Source: Callorhinchus milii (taxonomy: Eukaryota). Taken from it: a stretch of DNA of 64,000 nt. Positions 53,136 through 64,000 of this stretch are shown piece after piece; position 1 is the stretch's first letter, and each line of letters begins with the position of its first letter. The DNA lies in contig NW_024704743.1 of assembly GCF_018977255.1 (NCBI RefSeq), positions 35,218,001 to 35,282,000 on the forward strand. Direction: 5' to 3'. The position numbers and the translations under genes were made by a program. The notes under the pieces are model-generated. The model did not search any database. It was given only the letters and a program-made list of their open reading frames with translations, and was not told the origin of the DNA.

Positions 53136-53744
53136 ATGAAGATATCTTGCAGGTTATTTTCCTATCTACAGTTTCCTAAAGTTACACAATGTCTTATTTT
53201 ACAACTAAGAGGCACTGGTAGACAAATAGGACAGTTCAGGAGCTTAACATCAGACCCGGTAACTACTACAGCATTATCTGACTCTGAAGTCTTTGGGAAA
53301 TTCTACCCCCGGGATCATTATACCAATGTTACATCAAAGATTCTGTCGAAAGTAGGGAGAAACTTGCACAACCAACGAAACCATCCATTGTGGCTAATTA
53401 AAGAACGCATTAAGGACTATTTCTACAGAAATTATCTTAATCGCATTGGGAACCCATTGTTTTCAGCCTACGATAACTTGTCTCCAGTGGTTACCATAGA
53501 GCAGAATTTCGACAGCCTGCTTATACCACCAAATCACCTCAGTAGGAAGAAAGGCGACAACTTTTTCCTGAATGAAACTCACATGTTGCGGGCCCACACT
53601 TCAGCCCACCAGCGGGATCTCATCCGCGCAGGCTTGGATGCCTTCCTGATCATCGGGGATGTCTATCGGAGAGATGAAGTTGACAGCAGCCACTACCCAG
53701 TCTTTCATCAAATGGAAGGAGTCAGACTGTTTTCGAAGTATGAG
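53136..53744 (+). CDS. FARS2: FARS2 first coding exon (mitochondrial phenylalanyl-tRNA synthetase N-terminus, 203 codons). The exon begins at 53120 with a 16 nt 5'UTR portion.
   Basis: Translation [12 protein letters not shown]...[24 protein letters not shown]...[37 protein letters not shown]...[30 protein letters not shown] matches vertebrate FARS2. Acceptor tttcttttatctag ends at 53119, ATG context is accATG, and the donor GAG|gtgaga is at 53745 (phase 0). The N-terminus is basic and free of acidic residues, as expected for a mitochondrial presequence. Confidence 0.98.
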
Positions 53745-54063
53745 GTGAGAGTTGATGGTGATGTTGTTACGTATCTTCTCAAAGTTCCTTCAAATGTTGA
53801 GTGAGGCTTTCAGCTGGGGAGGAGGGAGAGAGGAGAAAGAGACTAAAAGACAAAATCCTGTCTAATGTCGCAATCCCTTTGGGATTCTGTGGTGATAGCC
53901 AATAGAAAAGTAAACCTCAGACAGCCTAAAGTGACTTCTTTAACTGTGTATGCAAAGTGTCAAGAGTATGGAGCTGTCTCCTGGAGCACACTACAATGCC
54001 CACAGCTTCTTTCTCACACTCAGGATAGAGCTCTGTACTGTGGGAACTTATAATTGCAATCAT

Positions 54064-54661
54064 AGTAATGATAATCCTTGCGTTTGATATAGTGCCTTAT
54101 CACGTCTTCTAGAAGTCTCAAAGTGCTTCACAGAATATACTGTACAGTGAATTGCCTGTATATTTTGTGGGCAAAACGCGGCAGCCAATTGCTCACAGCA
54201 ATGTCCGACAAAACAGTCGTAGAATCATAGAAATATACAGCACAGAAAGAGGCCATTCAGCCCGTCGTGTCTGTGCCGGTGCTTTGAAAAGAGCTATCTA
54301 ATTCATTCTCACTCCCCGCTCTCTCCCCATAGCCCTGCAAACTTGTCCTCCCCAAATATTTATCTACTTCTCTCAAAAGTTCTTATCGAATCGGCTTCCA
54401 CCACTTTTTCAGGGAATGCATTCCAGATCTGAACAACTCGTGGATTGAGTGAACAAATTATTATTTTAATTTTTTTTAAGGGATTATTACCCCCGGAAAA
54501 GCTATCTGCCAATCGACTAACAACTTGGTTCCTACTTACTGTTTAGTAAACAGAGGTGTGTGGAGTAAGGAAACTTGCCCAACGTTTCACCCTGCCGGGA
54601 ATCAAACCCAGATCCTCTTGCGTGTGAGGCGAGTGCTCTAACCACACAGCTACAAGACTCC
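54064..54661 (-). mobile_element. tRNA-derived SINE type A interrupted by a CR1 3' fragment (54221-54440)
   Basis: The SINE halves rejoin as acagtcgt|ggattgag. The insert matches the CR1 3' ends at 23046 and 27031. Confidence 0.92.
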
Positions 54662-54839
54662 ACAATCATGAATCATTGATCCCATTTTGCAAGTGATGTG
54701 ATGAAAATATTTTTCAGAATGGGGTTGGGGGGTTAGGTTAACCTAGCCTAGTCTATTAAAACAAGACAGCACTGCAGTAGGCAAAAACTCTGTTTGGGAT
54801 CTTGTGGAGGTGAATGAATAAACAACAGAACCATAGATT

Positions 54840-55155
54840 ATTCTTGCTGGTTGGAGAATTGGTAACAAGGAGCATCACCTCAGGATTGTCATAGGAAGAA
54901 TAAGGGGGAAATGAGAAGAAATGTTTTCATGCTGAGGATTGTTAGAACATGGAGGGCTTTATCACAAGTGGCTATTGATTTTGACACCAACATGTAATGG
55001 GGAATTGGAAAAACATTTGAAGGAGAAATATGTAAGAGTTGGGGAAAGAGCACAGAATTAGAATTGGAGTGGTTAGCTCCTGTAGGAAAGTGGGCACCAA
55101 TATAGCCTTGCAAGGTCAAATGGCATGCTACTAAGCGATATTTTTGATTCCTACA
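54840..55155 (+). mobile_element. Degenerate CR1 3' end
   Basis: gaaatgagaagaaatgttttcatgctgaggattgttagaacatgg. Confidence 0.7.
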
Positions 55156-55404
55156 AGTTGCAGAAAATGATAGTTTGAAATAGGACTTTGTGCATCATTG
55201 ACCTTGTGAGCCATCCCACCCCTGAGGCTCCTGTTATTTTTGGCTTTTTGGCTAGACCATAGACACAAATTGCTAAACATTTAGAAATTTACTACCAGGT
55301 ATTTAAGTGAAATTTTGTGTCAATTTCCATGGTAATCATCTTACACATTTGATAATGAACCGCATGCATGATATCAGTCACCAAAGAATTCGAACAGGAA
55401 AGAA

Positions 55405-55745
55405 GTTACATTTTTATAGCGCCTATAATGTTGACGGATCTCAAAGAACTTCACAGTAATTCCTTCACACTAATGTATTTTGTAGGCAGACACAACAGCT
55501 ATTTTGCACATACCAAAGTCCCACAAAAGAGAGCTATGAAATGAATAAGTAATTAATCTGAAGGACTGTGTGCCAGGACACTGGAGGCAACTCCCTTCTC
55601 ATTAAAAAGCACCTGCGATGTTTGACATCCACCTGAAGAACAGGTAGGTGCAATCTCTGACAGTTTAGTGCTTCCCCAGTTCTAAACTTAAGTGTTAGCC
55701 TCGACTATGAGTCCAGGGTCCCGACGTGGGGCATGAACCCACCAT
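55405..55745 (-). mobile_element. Degenerate DeuSINE
   Basis: gccaggacactggaggcaactcccttc...gacatccacctgaa...gtggggcatgaaccc. Confidence 0.65.
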
Positions 55746-56289
55746 GAAAGTGAACCTTACCTAAAGAGTTTGGTCCTCAGAACGTGCATGAAAAGCTTCT
55801 GGAGTGGTTTATAGCCGAGCACATCAGACCCACACTGTGAGCTTACATTTTGTGGTGGAGTGATGCAGATAACATTGTGATACACCATTTGACAGAGAAG
55901 AAAATAACATTTTCAAAGTATTTTTCACTGAAGTCAATGTTCCTTTGAGATAAATGTCAAAATAAATCTTTCACGTGATTTTACTGCTCTTTTACATGAG
56001 ATTGGGGGACATTGTTGATAAAGAAGGATGGATTTGCTCAGTCTGCATTGCTGTTTTTATTTAAATGTGCTACTTAGATGTATCCAGTTTACCCAGTTTG
56101 CTAACTGGATATAGTTAGAATTATAGTAATTCACCACGTACAGAGTGGTAAGAAATGGAAACTCATGGCCAAATTGTTTGTTTCTGTGCTGTAAAATTGT
56201 ATGTAATTCAAAGGTCTTGGAGTCTTATTTTTTTAAAAAAAACTTTGTTTGAAATCTCTGTGTTTTAAACCCCATTCTCTGCAGTATCT

Positions 56290-56615
56290 TAATAATAATA
56301 ATAATAATCCTTGCATTTGATATAACGCTTTTCACGTCGGGAGGACGTCCCAAAGCGCTTCACAGAACACACTGTAAAGTGAATTGACTGTATATTTGTG
56401 GGCGAGCGCGGCAGCCAATTGCGCACAGCAATGTCCCACAAACAGTCGTAGATTGAAAATGACCAATTTATTATTGTTTTGTTTTGGAGGGATTATTATT
56501 AGGCTCTGTGTGGAGTAAGGAAACTTGCCCAAGGTTTCGCCCTGACCTGCCTGGAATTGAACTCAGGTCACTCGCTTTCAAAGCGAGTGCTCTAACCACT
56601 GAGCTACAGGACTCC
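56290..56615 (-). mobile_element. tRNA-derived SINE type B1
   Basis: Near-identical to 13558-13879. Confidence 0.95.
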
Positions 56616-57304
56616 ATAAAGTTTCTAATTGTCCTTTGATGTGTTAACTGTGTCAGTTGCAGGAAGAAGATGTGTAGACGTGATAAGGGCACAGGGGTAT
56701 AGTAGCTGACGATGACGTCTGATCTGGGAATAACACAATCATATGTGGGGTTACAATGTCTTTCAACACATCACTGTGAACTTGCAGAGATGTGATGTAA
56801 TAGATACGGGTTAACACATGCAGCACGCAGAGAGGGTACAGAATGAGGATCGATGGATGTTATTCATATCCCATAAAAACAACCAGTTATGGCGAAAGCT
56901 AAGAACAGGATATATATCTCATGAATCAGCGTCATATATCCCATGTCATACAACAAATTAGCTAAAGAATTAACAACAACAATTACATTTGTAGAGCGCC
57001 TTTCACATAAGGCAGATGTCCCAAGGCGCTGGACAATATTTTGTATCCAGTGACTATACTCCTTTACTCCTTGGGGGTGGGGGGGGAGGTAAAAGGGGTC
57101 TCCTCTGAGTTGAATTGGCTCCAAGGTGTCATGTTTGGCAACGGAATATTGGAATCAAACCATCCCTCTTTGGTGGTGTCGATAGTGAAGTTCCTGAACC
57201 AGGCAGATCTGCAGTATTCCATGGCATTGTTGATGACAGGCTCATTGACAAGACTTGGAGGGGCAGACCAGTCACTGGGGGCAGGGAACCTTCCACACAG
57301 GTCT

Positions 57305-57572
57305 TGGGCTCTGGCCTGCTTCACCTCCTCCGTCTTGCCCACCCTACCATTGGCGGGTGGGCCTTCAACCGCTCAGCCTCCACCCTCTCGAACTCCATGT
57401 CACAGGCCCTCAGCCTCGCCTCCTCTCAAGACCCTCCTCTTCAACTGTGCCTTCGTTCACCCTATCCCTACCTTCCTGCCCTCCACCCCTCCTGTTCTCA
57501 ACCACCAGCTTAGATGTGGATCTCTGACTGTCCAGTGCTTTGGGACGTCCACCTGACGTGAAAGGCTCTATA
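57305..57572 (+). mobile_element. L2 3' end
   Basis: ccattggcgggtgggccttc...gggacgtccacctgacgtgaaaggctctata. Confidence 0.8.
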
Positions 57573-57574
57573 CA

Positions 57575-59041
57575 CCAACAACAAAATTACATTTGTAAAA
57601 CTGTAATTTATGGAACGGACCTGGTGGTTGGGGTCGGGGAGGGTGAAGGGCAGGGGGGAAGCAGGGCGATCAAAAACACAGTTGAAGAGGAGGGACTTTG
57701 GATGGGTCTTGAAAGTGGCAAGGTGGCAAGGGAGGGGGTGAGGTGGAGGGCCTGCTGGATGGAATTCCAGAGGGTGGGAGCAGAGGAGCAGAAGGCCCGC
57801 GTGCCAATGATGGGGCGGGTGAGGCGGGGGAATTGAAGCACAATGGTAGGGTTTAGGAGGTCGTAGAGATAAGGGGGAGCAAGGCCATGGAGGGCTTTGA
57901 AGGTGAGGACCAGGATCTTGAACTGTATCCTCTGTGTGATGGGTAGCCAGTGGAGTCGGGTGAGGATGGTGGTGATAGGATCACGGAGCCTGGTGCAGGA
58001 GAGGACATGGATGATCTGTTCTGGATGATCTTCAACCTATGGAGGGAGGAGATGGGGAGGCCCACAAACAGGGAGTTTGCATAGTCAAGCCTGGATGTTA
58101 TGAATGCGTGTACGAAGGTTTCGGTGGCCTATGGTGTGAGGCAATGCGGAGCCAGACGATATTGCGGAGGTGGGGGAAAGCAGATTGGGTCATGACACGG
58201 ATGTGAGTTAGAAAGGATAGTTGAGGGTCAAACAAGATGCCAAGGTTCCGAACTTGGCTTTGTAAGGTGGACTGTGCATCCATGGATAGTGATCCTGTCA
58301 GTGCCTGAGATGTGAATACACTGACGGGAGCCAATCAGGAGAGCCTCAGTCTTGTTGACGTTCAACTGAAGAAAGTTAGCTCTCATCCAGGACTTGATGT
58401 CTGACAGCCATTCTGTCAGGACAGCAGTGGTCCTGGAGTCAGAGTTGGAAGCAGAGAGGTAGAGTTGGGTGTCATCTGCATACATGTGGAAGTTGACCCA
58501 ATGTCTGCGGATGATGTCACCAAGAAGGAGCATATAGATATTGAAAAGGAGGGGCCCAAGGACAGAGCCTTGAGGAACGCTGCACGAGACAGTGCGGCAG
58601 ATAGAGGAGAAACCGTTTGTCAAGATAAGAATATAAACAATAATAACCCTTGCAGTTATTACAGTGCTTTTCAATAGAGATGAAGTGGAGGCGGTGTGGG
58701 AGGTACGATCTGAACCATTGAAGGCCAGAACAATGAAGTTTGAGGTGAGCGGAGAGACGGTGGATGAGAATAAAGTGGTGAACAGTGTCGAAGGCAGCAG
58801 AGAGGTCAAGGAGGATGAGGAGGCAGAGAGAGCCCTGGTTGCAAATGGACAGAATGTCATTTGTCACTTTGACCAGTGCTTTTTCTGTGCTGTGGGTGGC
58901 ACGGAAACACGATTGGAGTGGTTCATGAAGTGAGTGGCGGGAGAGGAAGGTGCAAAGTTGGGAAGCGACGACTCGTTCCAGGACCTTGGAGAGGAAAGGG
59001 AGGTTGGAGATGGGGTGGTGGTTTGAGAGATGGGGCGGTAG
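57575..59041 (-). mobile_element. L2-clade LINE, RT domain to 3' end, frameshifted
   Basis: [75 protein letters not shown]-tail-like insert near 58621-58676. Confidence 0.93.
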
Positions 59042-59280
59042 TTATTTAAAGTTATACACAATATACAAATGAGAATTGCATTGATACATGGATTACAGAA
59101 TGGTTTCAAATATACCAGGGTGACATTTTTTTTCATTGCTATCTGTCTGTTCTCAATTCTAGCATCAGTTCATCCAATAAAGTAAATTGTTCTTAAGCGT
59201 AACAGGTCCTGCAAATTGTAGCATTATATTAAATAGATGTCAGCTTGACTCAAGTGGTCGTACTCATGCCTCTGGGTCAG

Positions 59281-59836
59281 AGAATAATAAAATAAATCTT
59301 TGCAATTGGTATAAATGCCTTTAACTTTGGAAAGACGTCCCAAAATTCTTAACAGAGTATACTGTAAAGTGGAGTGACTATATATTTGTAGGCAAACGGG
59401 ACAACCCAATTGTGCAGCAATGTTCCGTAAGCAGCTGTGAAGCAAATCACCAGGTTGTATTTGGGGGGATTTGATGGCCAGAACACCAGGGGGAGCTCCT
59501 TTCTCTTTTCGAATAGTGCCACGCGATCACCAGAATAAGCAAGCTGGACCTCGGTTTAATGTCTCATCCAAAGGATGGCATCTCTGACAATGCAGAGCAC
59601 TCCCAACACTGAGCTTAGATTTATGCGAGTTCAAGTCCCAATGTGAGGCTTGAACCTTCTGTCTTTTTTGGGGGTCAGCCGGGTATCTGACACATGCAGA
59701 AACCCATTACCATGAGTATCCAAACCAAGCTGAGATTTCCTGCATCCCATCTACACATGGAAATTCCAGAGATAGATTATTGGAATGGGTCTCCTGAGCC
59801 AGGTGAGAGTGCTACCAACTGAGCTGGGCTGACACA
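59281..59836 (-). mobile_element. DeuSINE carrying an insertion of the unclassified repeat (about 59661-59790) in its head
   Basis: ggacctcggtttaatgtctcatcc Deu core; head gagagtgctaccaactgagctgggctgacaca. Confidence 0.8.
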
Positions 59837-59839
59837 CGT

Positions 59840-60140
59840 TGGGTGAGTGCTGCATTATTGGAGGTACTGTCTTTTTAAATGAGATGTTAAACTGATTTGT
59901 GCTTCAGATTGAGGTTAAAGATTCCTTCACAGTAATGGAGAAGAGAAGCAAGTTTCTCCCAGTGTTCTGCAGCTGAAACGTTCATTCACCTCATGTCTGT
60001 TTGTGGAACTTTGCTGTGTGCAAAATGGTTGCTGTGATTGTCCACAAAACCAGTCACTGAACTTAACAGTAATTACCTCTGAAGCACTTAGCAACATTTC
60101 AAAGTGGTAGGCTGGTATTGCAATGCAAGTTCTTTCTTCT
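59840..60140 (+). mobile_element. Degenerate DeuSINE, 5'-truncated
   Basis: gagatgttaaactg...ttaaagattcc...gctgtgtgcaaaatggttgctg...gcaagttctttc. Confidence 0.65.
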
Positions 60141-60202
60141 TCAAATGAGAATTGACATGCACAGTGTAAATAAAGTTGAGATATTGAATGTCCAATTTAT
60201 GT

Positions 60203-60558
60203 GGAGTCCTGGAGCAAAGTGGTTAGCACACTCGCCTTGCAAGTGAGAGGACCCAGTTTCGATTCCTGGGTGGGGTGAAACCTTAGGTAAGTTTCCTTAC
60301 TCCACACGCTTGTTTACCTAGCAGTAAGTAGGTACCCAGTTGTTAGTCGATTGGCGGATCGATTGGCAGATCGCTTTCCGGGGGTAAGAATCACTTAAAA
60401 AAAAATTGGTCACTCAATCCATTACTGCTTGTTGGACACTGCTGTGTGCAATTGGCTGCCCCATTTCACCCACAAGATACACAGTCACTTTACTTACAGA
60501 ATATACTGTGAAGCACTTTGAGACAGCTCAATGTTGTGATAAGGTGCTATATCAAATG
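60203..60558 (+). mobile_element. tRNA-derived SINE type A
   Basis: Head ggagtcctggagcaaagtggttagc, type A middle and tail. Confidence 0.88.
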
Positions 60559-61149
60559 ATATCAAATATCAAACCCAACTAATGAACAAGTAACAAGGGG
60601 AGACTTAGTGTTCTCGTACATTGTGTGAAAACTATTTCATGGTGACTGTCTATTACAGATACTTTCTGTATCTAAAAATCTAAGAGTTTAGAATTGAATT
60701 TGTCGATACACATATTATCAAGCACACAGTAAGCAAGCTATACATCTTGTAAGCATTTGATCTGCTGTCCTTTTAGACTGGAACTTGAATATTAGAAGGT
60801 ACTTAGTATGTTTTCTCATAAGCCAGTCCCCCTTCGGGCAATTGCTTGTGATTTCCCTGACATTAAATACAGACAACAGATAACCTATTTTCTCCTGTTA
60901 AAATATTTAATGATAATGAAACATACTGTTTTCTCTTGAGCAGCTGCTTTTTGCTTTCCTGTGGGAATAGTGTGGAACCAGTATAGCAGGCTTCATGGGA
61001 AGTGTTTGGAGTGTGCTACATTGTCCGAGATGCCGTCCTTGGGATGAGACATTAATAATAATCCTTGCATTAAGGAAATGTTGAGACCCATTGAAATTAA
61101 ATAATCATTGTGTTCAGTAGAAAGAAAAACTTTTTTTATATCTACATTT

Positions 61150-61445
61150 TTAAATTACCTTATACTGAAATGTCTCAAAGTGCATGACTGTAATTATTGT
61201 TGTCAGGTGCAGTAGCTGTTTTTGTAGGCAAACGTGATAGCCATTTTCCACACAGCAAGGTCCCACTAACAGACACGAGGTGAATGATAACTTTTTTTCT
61301 CTCTGGATGATTGTTGGCCAGGACAATGGGAGCAACTCCTTTCTACATTTGAAAAGTTGTCAAAGGATCTTTAACATCCATCTGAAGAGCAGACAGACAG
61401 GAATCTCTGTCAATGCAGCACTTCCTCAGTACCACACTAAAGTTT
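61150..61445 (-). mobile_element. Degenerate DeuSINE
   Basis: ttggccaggacaatgggagcaactcc...ggatctttaacatccatctgaa. Confidence 0.65.
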
Positions 61446-61982
61446 TGGAAAATGAGCTCAACGGACCTGCCTGGCTCAGGAATTGGGCTAGCAAGACAAT
61501 GTTGGCAACAGAATTTCAGAATTGGGCCAACCCTCTGTGGCGGGCTCGATTGTCTGGTATCTATGAAGTACTCCAGGGCACTGCTGATGACAGTCAACTC
61601 CCACTTCCCCTGGCTTGGCATCATGTTCCGCCACTGTCAAGCGCTTTGTGACACTACCCTGCATGAGGGGCGCTATATAAATACAAGTTGCTGTTGTTCT
61701 TGACAGCACAGCCAGGCTGCCCTCAGAGGATTGGAAGGGCAGAACAGTTATTGGGGGCAGGGATTCTTCCCACTCAACTCCTGTTAACCCTGCAAGCCAA
61801 AGCCCTAACCAGTAGGATGGTCCAAGTTGGACAAGCTGGTGGGTAACAAAGGTGTGGATGAGGTGTTTCAATTGAAATATTGAAGCGTGGGATAGACAGA
61901 TAGATATCTGGTAGATATGAGTTCTAAGGGATATGTGGGAAAAGATAGAAAATGGGATTAGAAACAGTTGCCTTGAGCTAAT

Positions 61983-62515
61983 AAAACAACAACTTGCAGT
62001 TGTATAGCGCAACTTGCATTTATCTAACGGGGTAGCGTCCCAGAGAGCTGGACAGTGGCAGACTCTGATGAGTCAAGAGGGAGGGGGGAGGTGACCATAA
62101 GCATGATCAAAAAGGAAGGTCTTTAGGCAGGATTTGAAAGTAGGGAGGGAGGGGGCAAGGCGGAGAGATTGAGGGAGAGAGAGCCAGAATTTCGGGGAGT
62201 AGTGGCTGAAGGCACAGCCACCGATGGTGGAGTGGAGGGGACGAGGGACAAACATGAGGCCGGAGCCAGCCGAGTGGAGGCAGAGGGGGGTGGTAAGCAA
62301 ATCAGATAGGTAGGGAGGTGTGAGGGCATGAAGGGATTTGAAAACGAGTGCAAGGATCTTGAAATTGATCCGTTCAGTAATTGAGAGCCAGTAGAGCCTG
62401 GCGAGGATTGGTATGATGGGGGCACGGAATTTTGTGCTGGTGAGTATCCGGGTTGTGGAGTTTTGGATTAATTGAATTTTGTGTATGGTGGAGCTGGGGA
62501 GAGCAGCGGAAAACG
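61983..62515 (-). mobile_element. L2 3' end
   Basis: IGGCAFSHYSPKFWLSLPQSLRLAPSLPTFKSCLKTFLF. Confidence 0.88.
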
Positions 62516-63171
62516 ACTGAACGGACTTGATGGATGAACTTATCTCGCTCTTGTTACGATGTATTTATCAGTATTTCTTTTTGAATTTTCTAACACAACT
62601 ACCACTCCTCTCTCCCTTCACCCCTCTTGACTCCAGCCCTCAGCTTGGATCTAACCCTTGACTGTGCAGAGCTTTGGGAAGTCCTCCCGACGTGAAAGGC
62701 GCTTTTTAAATGTAATTTGTTCTAATTTTAGGCTTTTTCCCCTTGTTGTAGACAATACCTTCTTTCTAGATGGAGGGAGCAGGCAACCACATCACTAGTA
62801 ATATTGTAAGCAGCCAGAAAGAGCAAAAAAACTGTTGAGTCTCATCCACCTTTTCCTTAGAGCCTGTAAGGGAATGGGTGGGGTTGTTTAATTGATTTTC
62901 TTTAAACTCTGTGGAATCACGTAATTTCATAATTATCTGATAAATTTGCAAATATATCAAAATAAAATAAGAAGTGCAGATTATGGAAGCCTGCAAATTT
63001 ATAAATTTTCACCCACAAAATACACCAGTCAATTCACATTACAGTATATTCTGTGAAGCGCTTTGGGACGTCTCAAAGATGTGATATGGCGTTTTATCAA
63101 TAAATCCCAAATGATTATATAAATCCCAAAACTGTTGTGTTGACTAACTCGAGAGGCTTTCCTTCTTCCAG

Positions 63172-63331
63172 CTCTTTACCAATGTCCAAAATGGAGAAGA
63201 CCTTTGTATCTTTGAGAAGGGATATCGCTCACAGCACAAGCAAGAGAGTCACACACTGGAAGCAGTTAAACTCGTTGAGTTTAACTTGAAGCAGACGCTG
63301 AATAAAGTTATGACGCACCTTTTTGGAGAAG
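63172..63331 (+). CDS. FARS2: FARS2 second coding exon (160 bp); the gene continues past the window end
   Basis: Branch-like tgactaac at 63141 and acceptor tttccttcttccag. Translates [53 protein letters not shown], similar to human [53 protein letters not shown]. Donor G|gtattt at 63332. In frame with the previous exon. Not in the ORF track. Confidence 0.97.
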
Positions 63332-63480
63332 GTATTTATATCAATCACTATTGTACACTACTCACCTGTTAATAATATGAGTTCATTTTTTGTTTGGTCT
63401 GTTCAATCGAAAGGATGAAGTAAGAAGTCAAGTGATGTTCCTAATTGGATAAGGCTACTTTTTGTTCAGAAAAAAACTAA

Positions 63481-63804
63481 AATAACAACAATAACAATAA
63501 TCCTTGCATTTCATATAGCGCTTTTCACGTCTTCTAGACGTCTCAAAGCGTTTCACAGAATGTGCTGTAAAGTGAATTGACCGTATATTTGTGAGCGAAA
63601 CGCGGCAGCCAATTGCGCACAGCAGTGTCCCACAAACAGTCGTGGATTGAAAATTACCAATTTATTATTGTTTTTGTTTTTTGGAGGGATTATTATTAGG
63701 CGTGTGGAGTAAGGAAACTTGCCCAAGGTTTCTCCCTGCCTGGAATTGAACCCAGGTGTCTCGCTTGCAAGGCGAGTGCTCTAACCGCTAAGCTACAGGA
63801 CTCC
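63481..63804 (-). mobile_element. tRNA-derived SINE type B2
   Basis: Near-identical to 30620-30939. Confidence 0.94.
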
Positions 63805-63907
63805 AAAACGATTCGAAAAGTTTAAACATGAGCTTTTTCATCTTGTCCAGCACAATAGAACCTGACGACATGGCCTGTGACATGGCTATGACAGGATTCA
63901 GAAATCC

Positions 63908-63936
63908 TGAGTGAGTGAGTGAGTGAGTGAGTGAGT
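63908..63936. repeat. (GAGT)n microsatellite
   Basis: Seen directly. Confidence 0.95.
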
Positions 63937-64000
63937 TAATCTATGGAAGAGGCTCCCTAGGGAGACGGTGGAAGCAGAAAATGTTGATTCATTCAAATCC

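Larger units (their letters stand above)
53745..63171 (+). other. FARS2: FARS2 intron (9427 bp, GT-AG)
   Basis: Lies between two in-frame exons with canonical splice sites. Confidence 0.95.

Noticed and set aside
62061..62075. Other CTGATGA/CTGACGA hits (about 7800, 18961, 51069, 56706, 62065) as hammerheads or C/D snoRNAs
   Set aside because: No stem II plus GAAA core and no convincing C/D box pair with a terminal stem.
1..64000. CRISPR arrays, operons, intact transposases or viral genes
   Set aside because: The sequence is eukaryotic and intronic. No regularly spaced repeats or long intact ORFs other than the FARS2 exon were seen.

Overview
Repeat-rich vertebrate genomic DNA. The repeat content (SacSINE1-like DeuSINEs, abundant L2 and CR1 LINE fragments, Penelope-like termini) points to a cartilaginous fish, possibly a holocephalan; this is inference. 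The only protein-coding gene I can support is FARS2 (mitochondrial phenylalanyl-tRNA synthetase) on the + strand. Its first coding exon is 53120-53744 (ATG at 53136) and the next coding exon is 63172-63331; the gene continues beyond the window. No CpG island, exon 1 or LYRM4 exon was recognised upstream, so 1-53119 is probably FARS2 intron 1. The rest is retroelement debris: about 11 near-full-length copies of a young tRNA-Ala-like SINE, older DeuSINEs, L2 and CR1 pieces, an unclassified ~450 bp repeat, and Penelope-like ends. The most interesting signals are: (i) decayed minimal hammerhead-ribozyme motifs in Penelope-like inverted structures; (ii) a SINE lineage that appears to show head replacement, internal deletion and replacement of its 3' stem-loop by that of an L2 partner; (iii) Leu and Phe in FARS2 at positions matching human disease residues P136 and Y144; (iv) a possible unclassified MITE. 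I found no convincing wholly new gene system. Coordinates of degenerate repeats are approximate.
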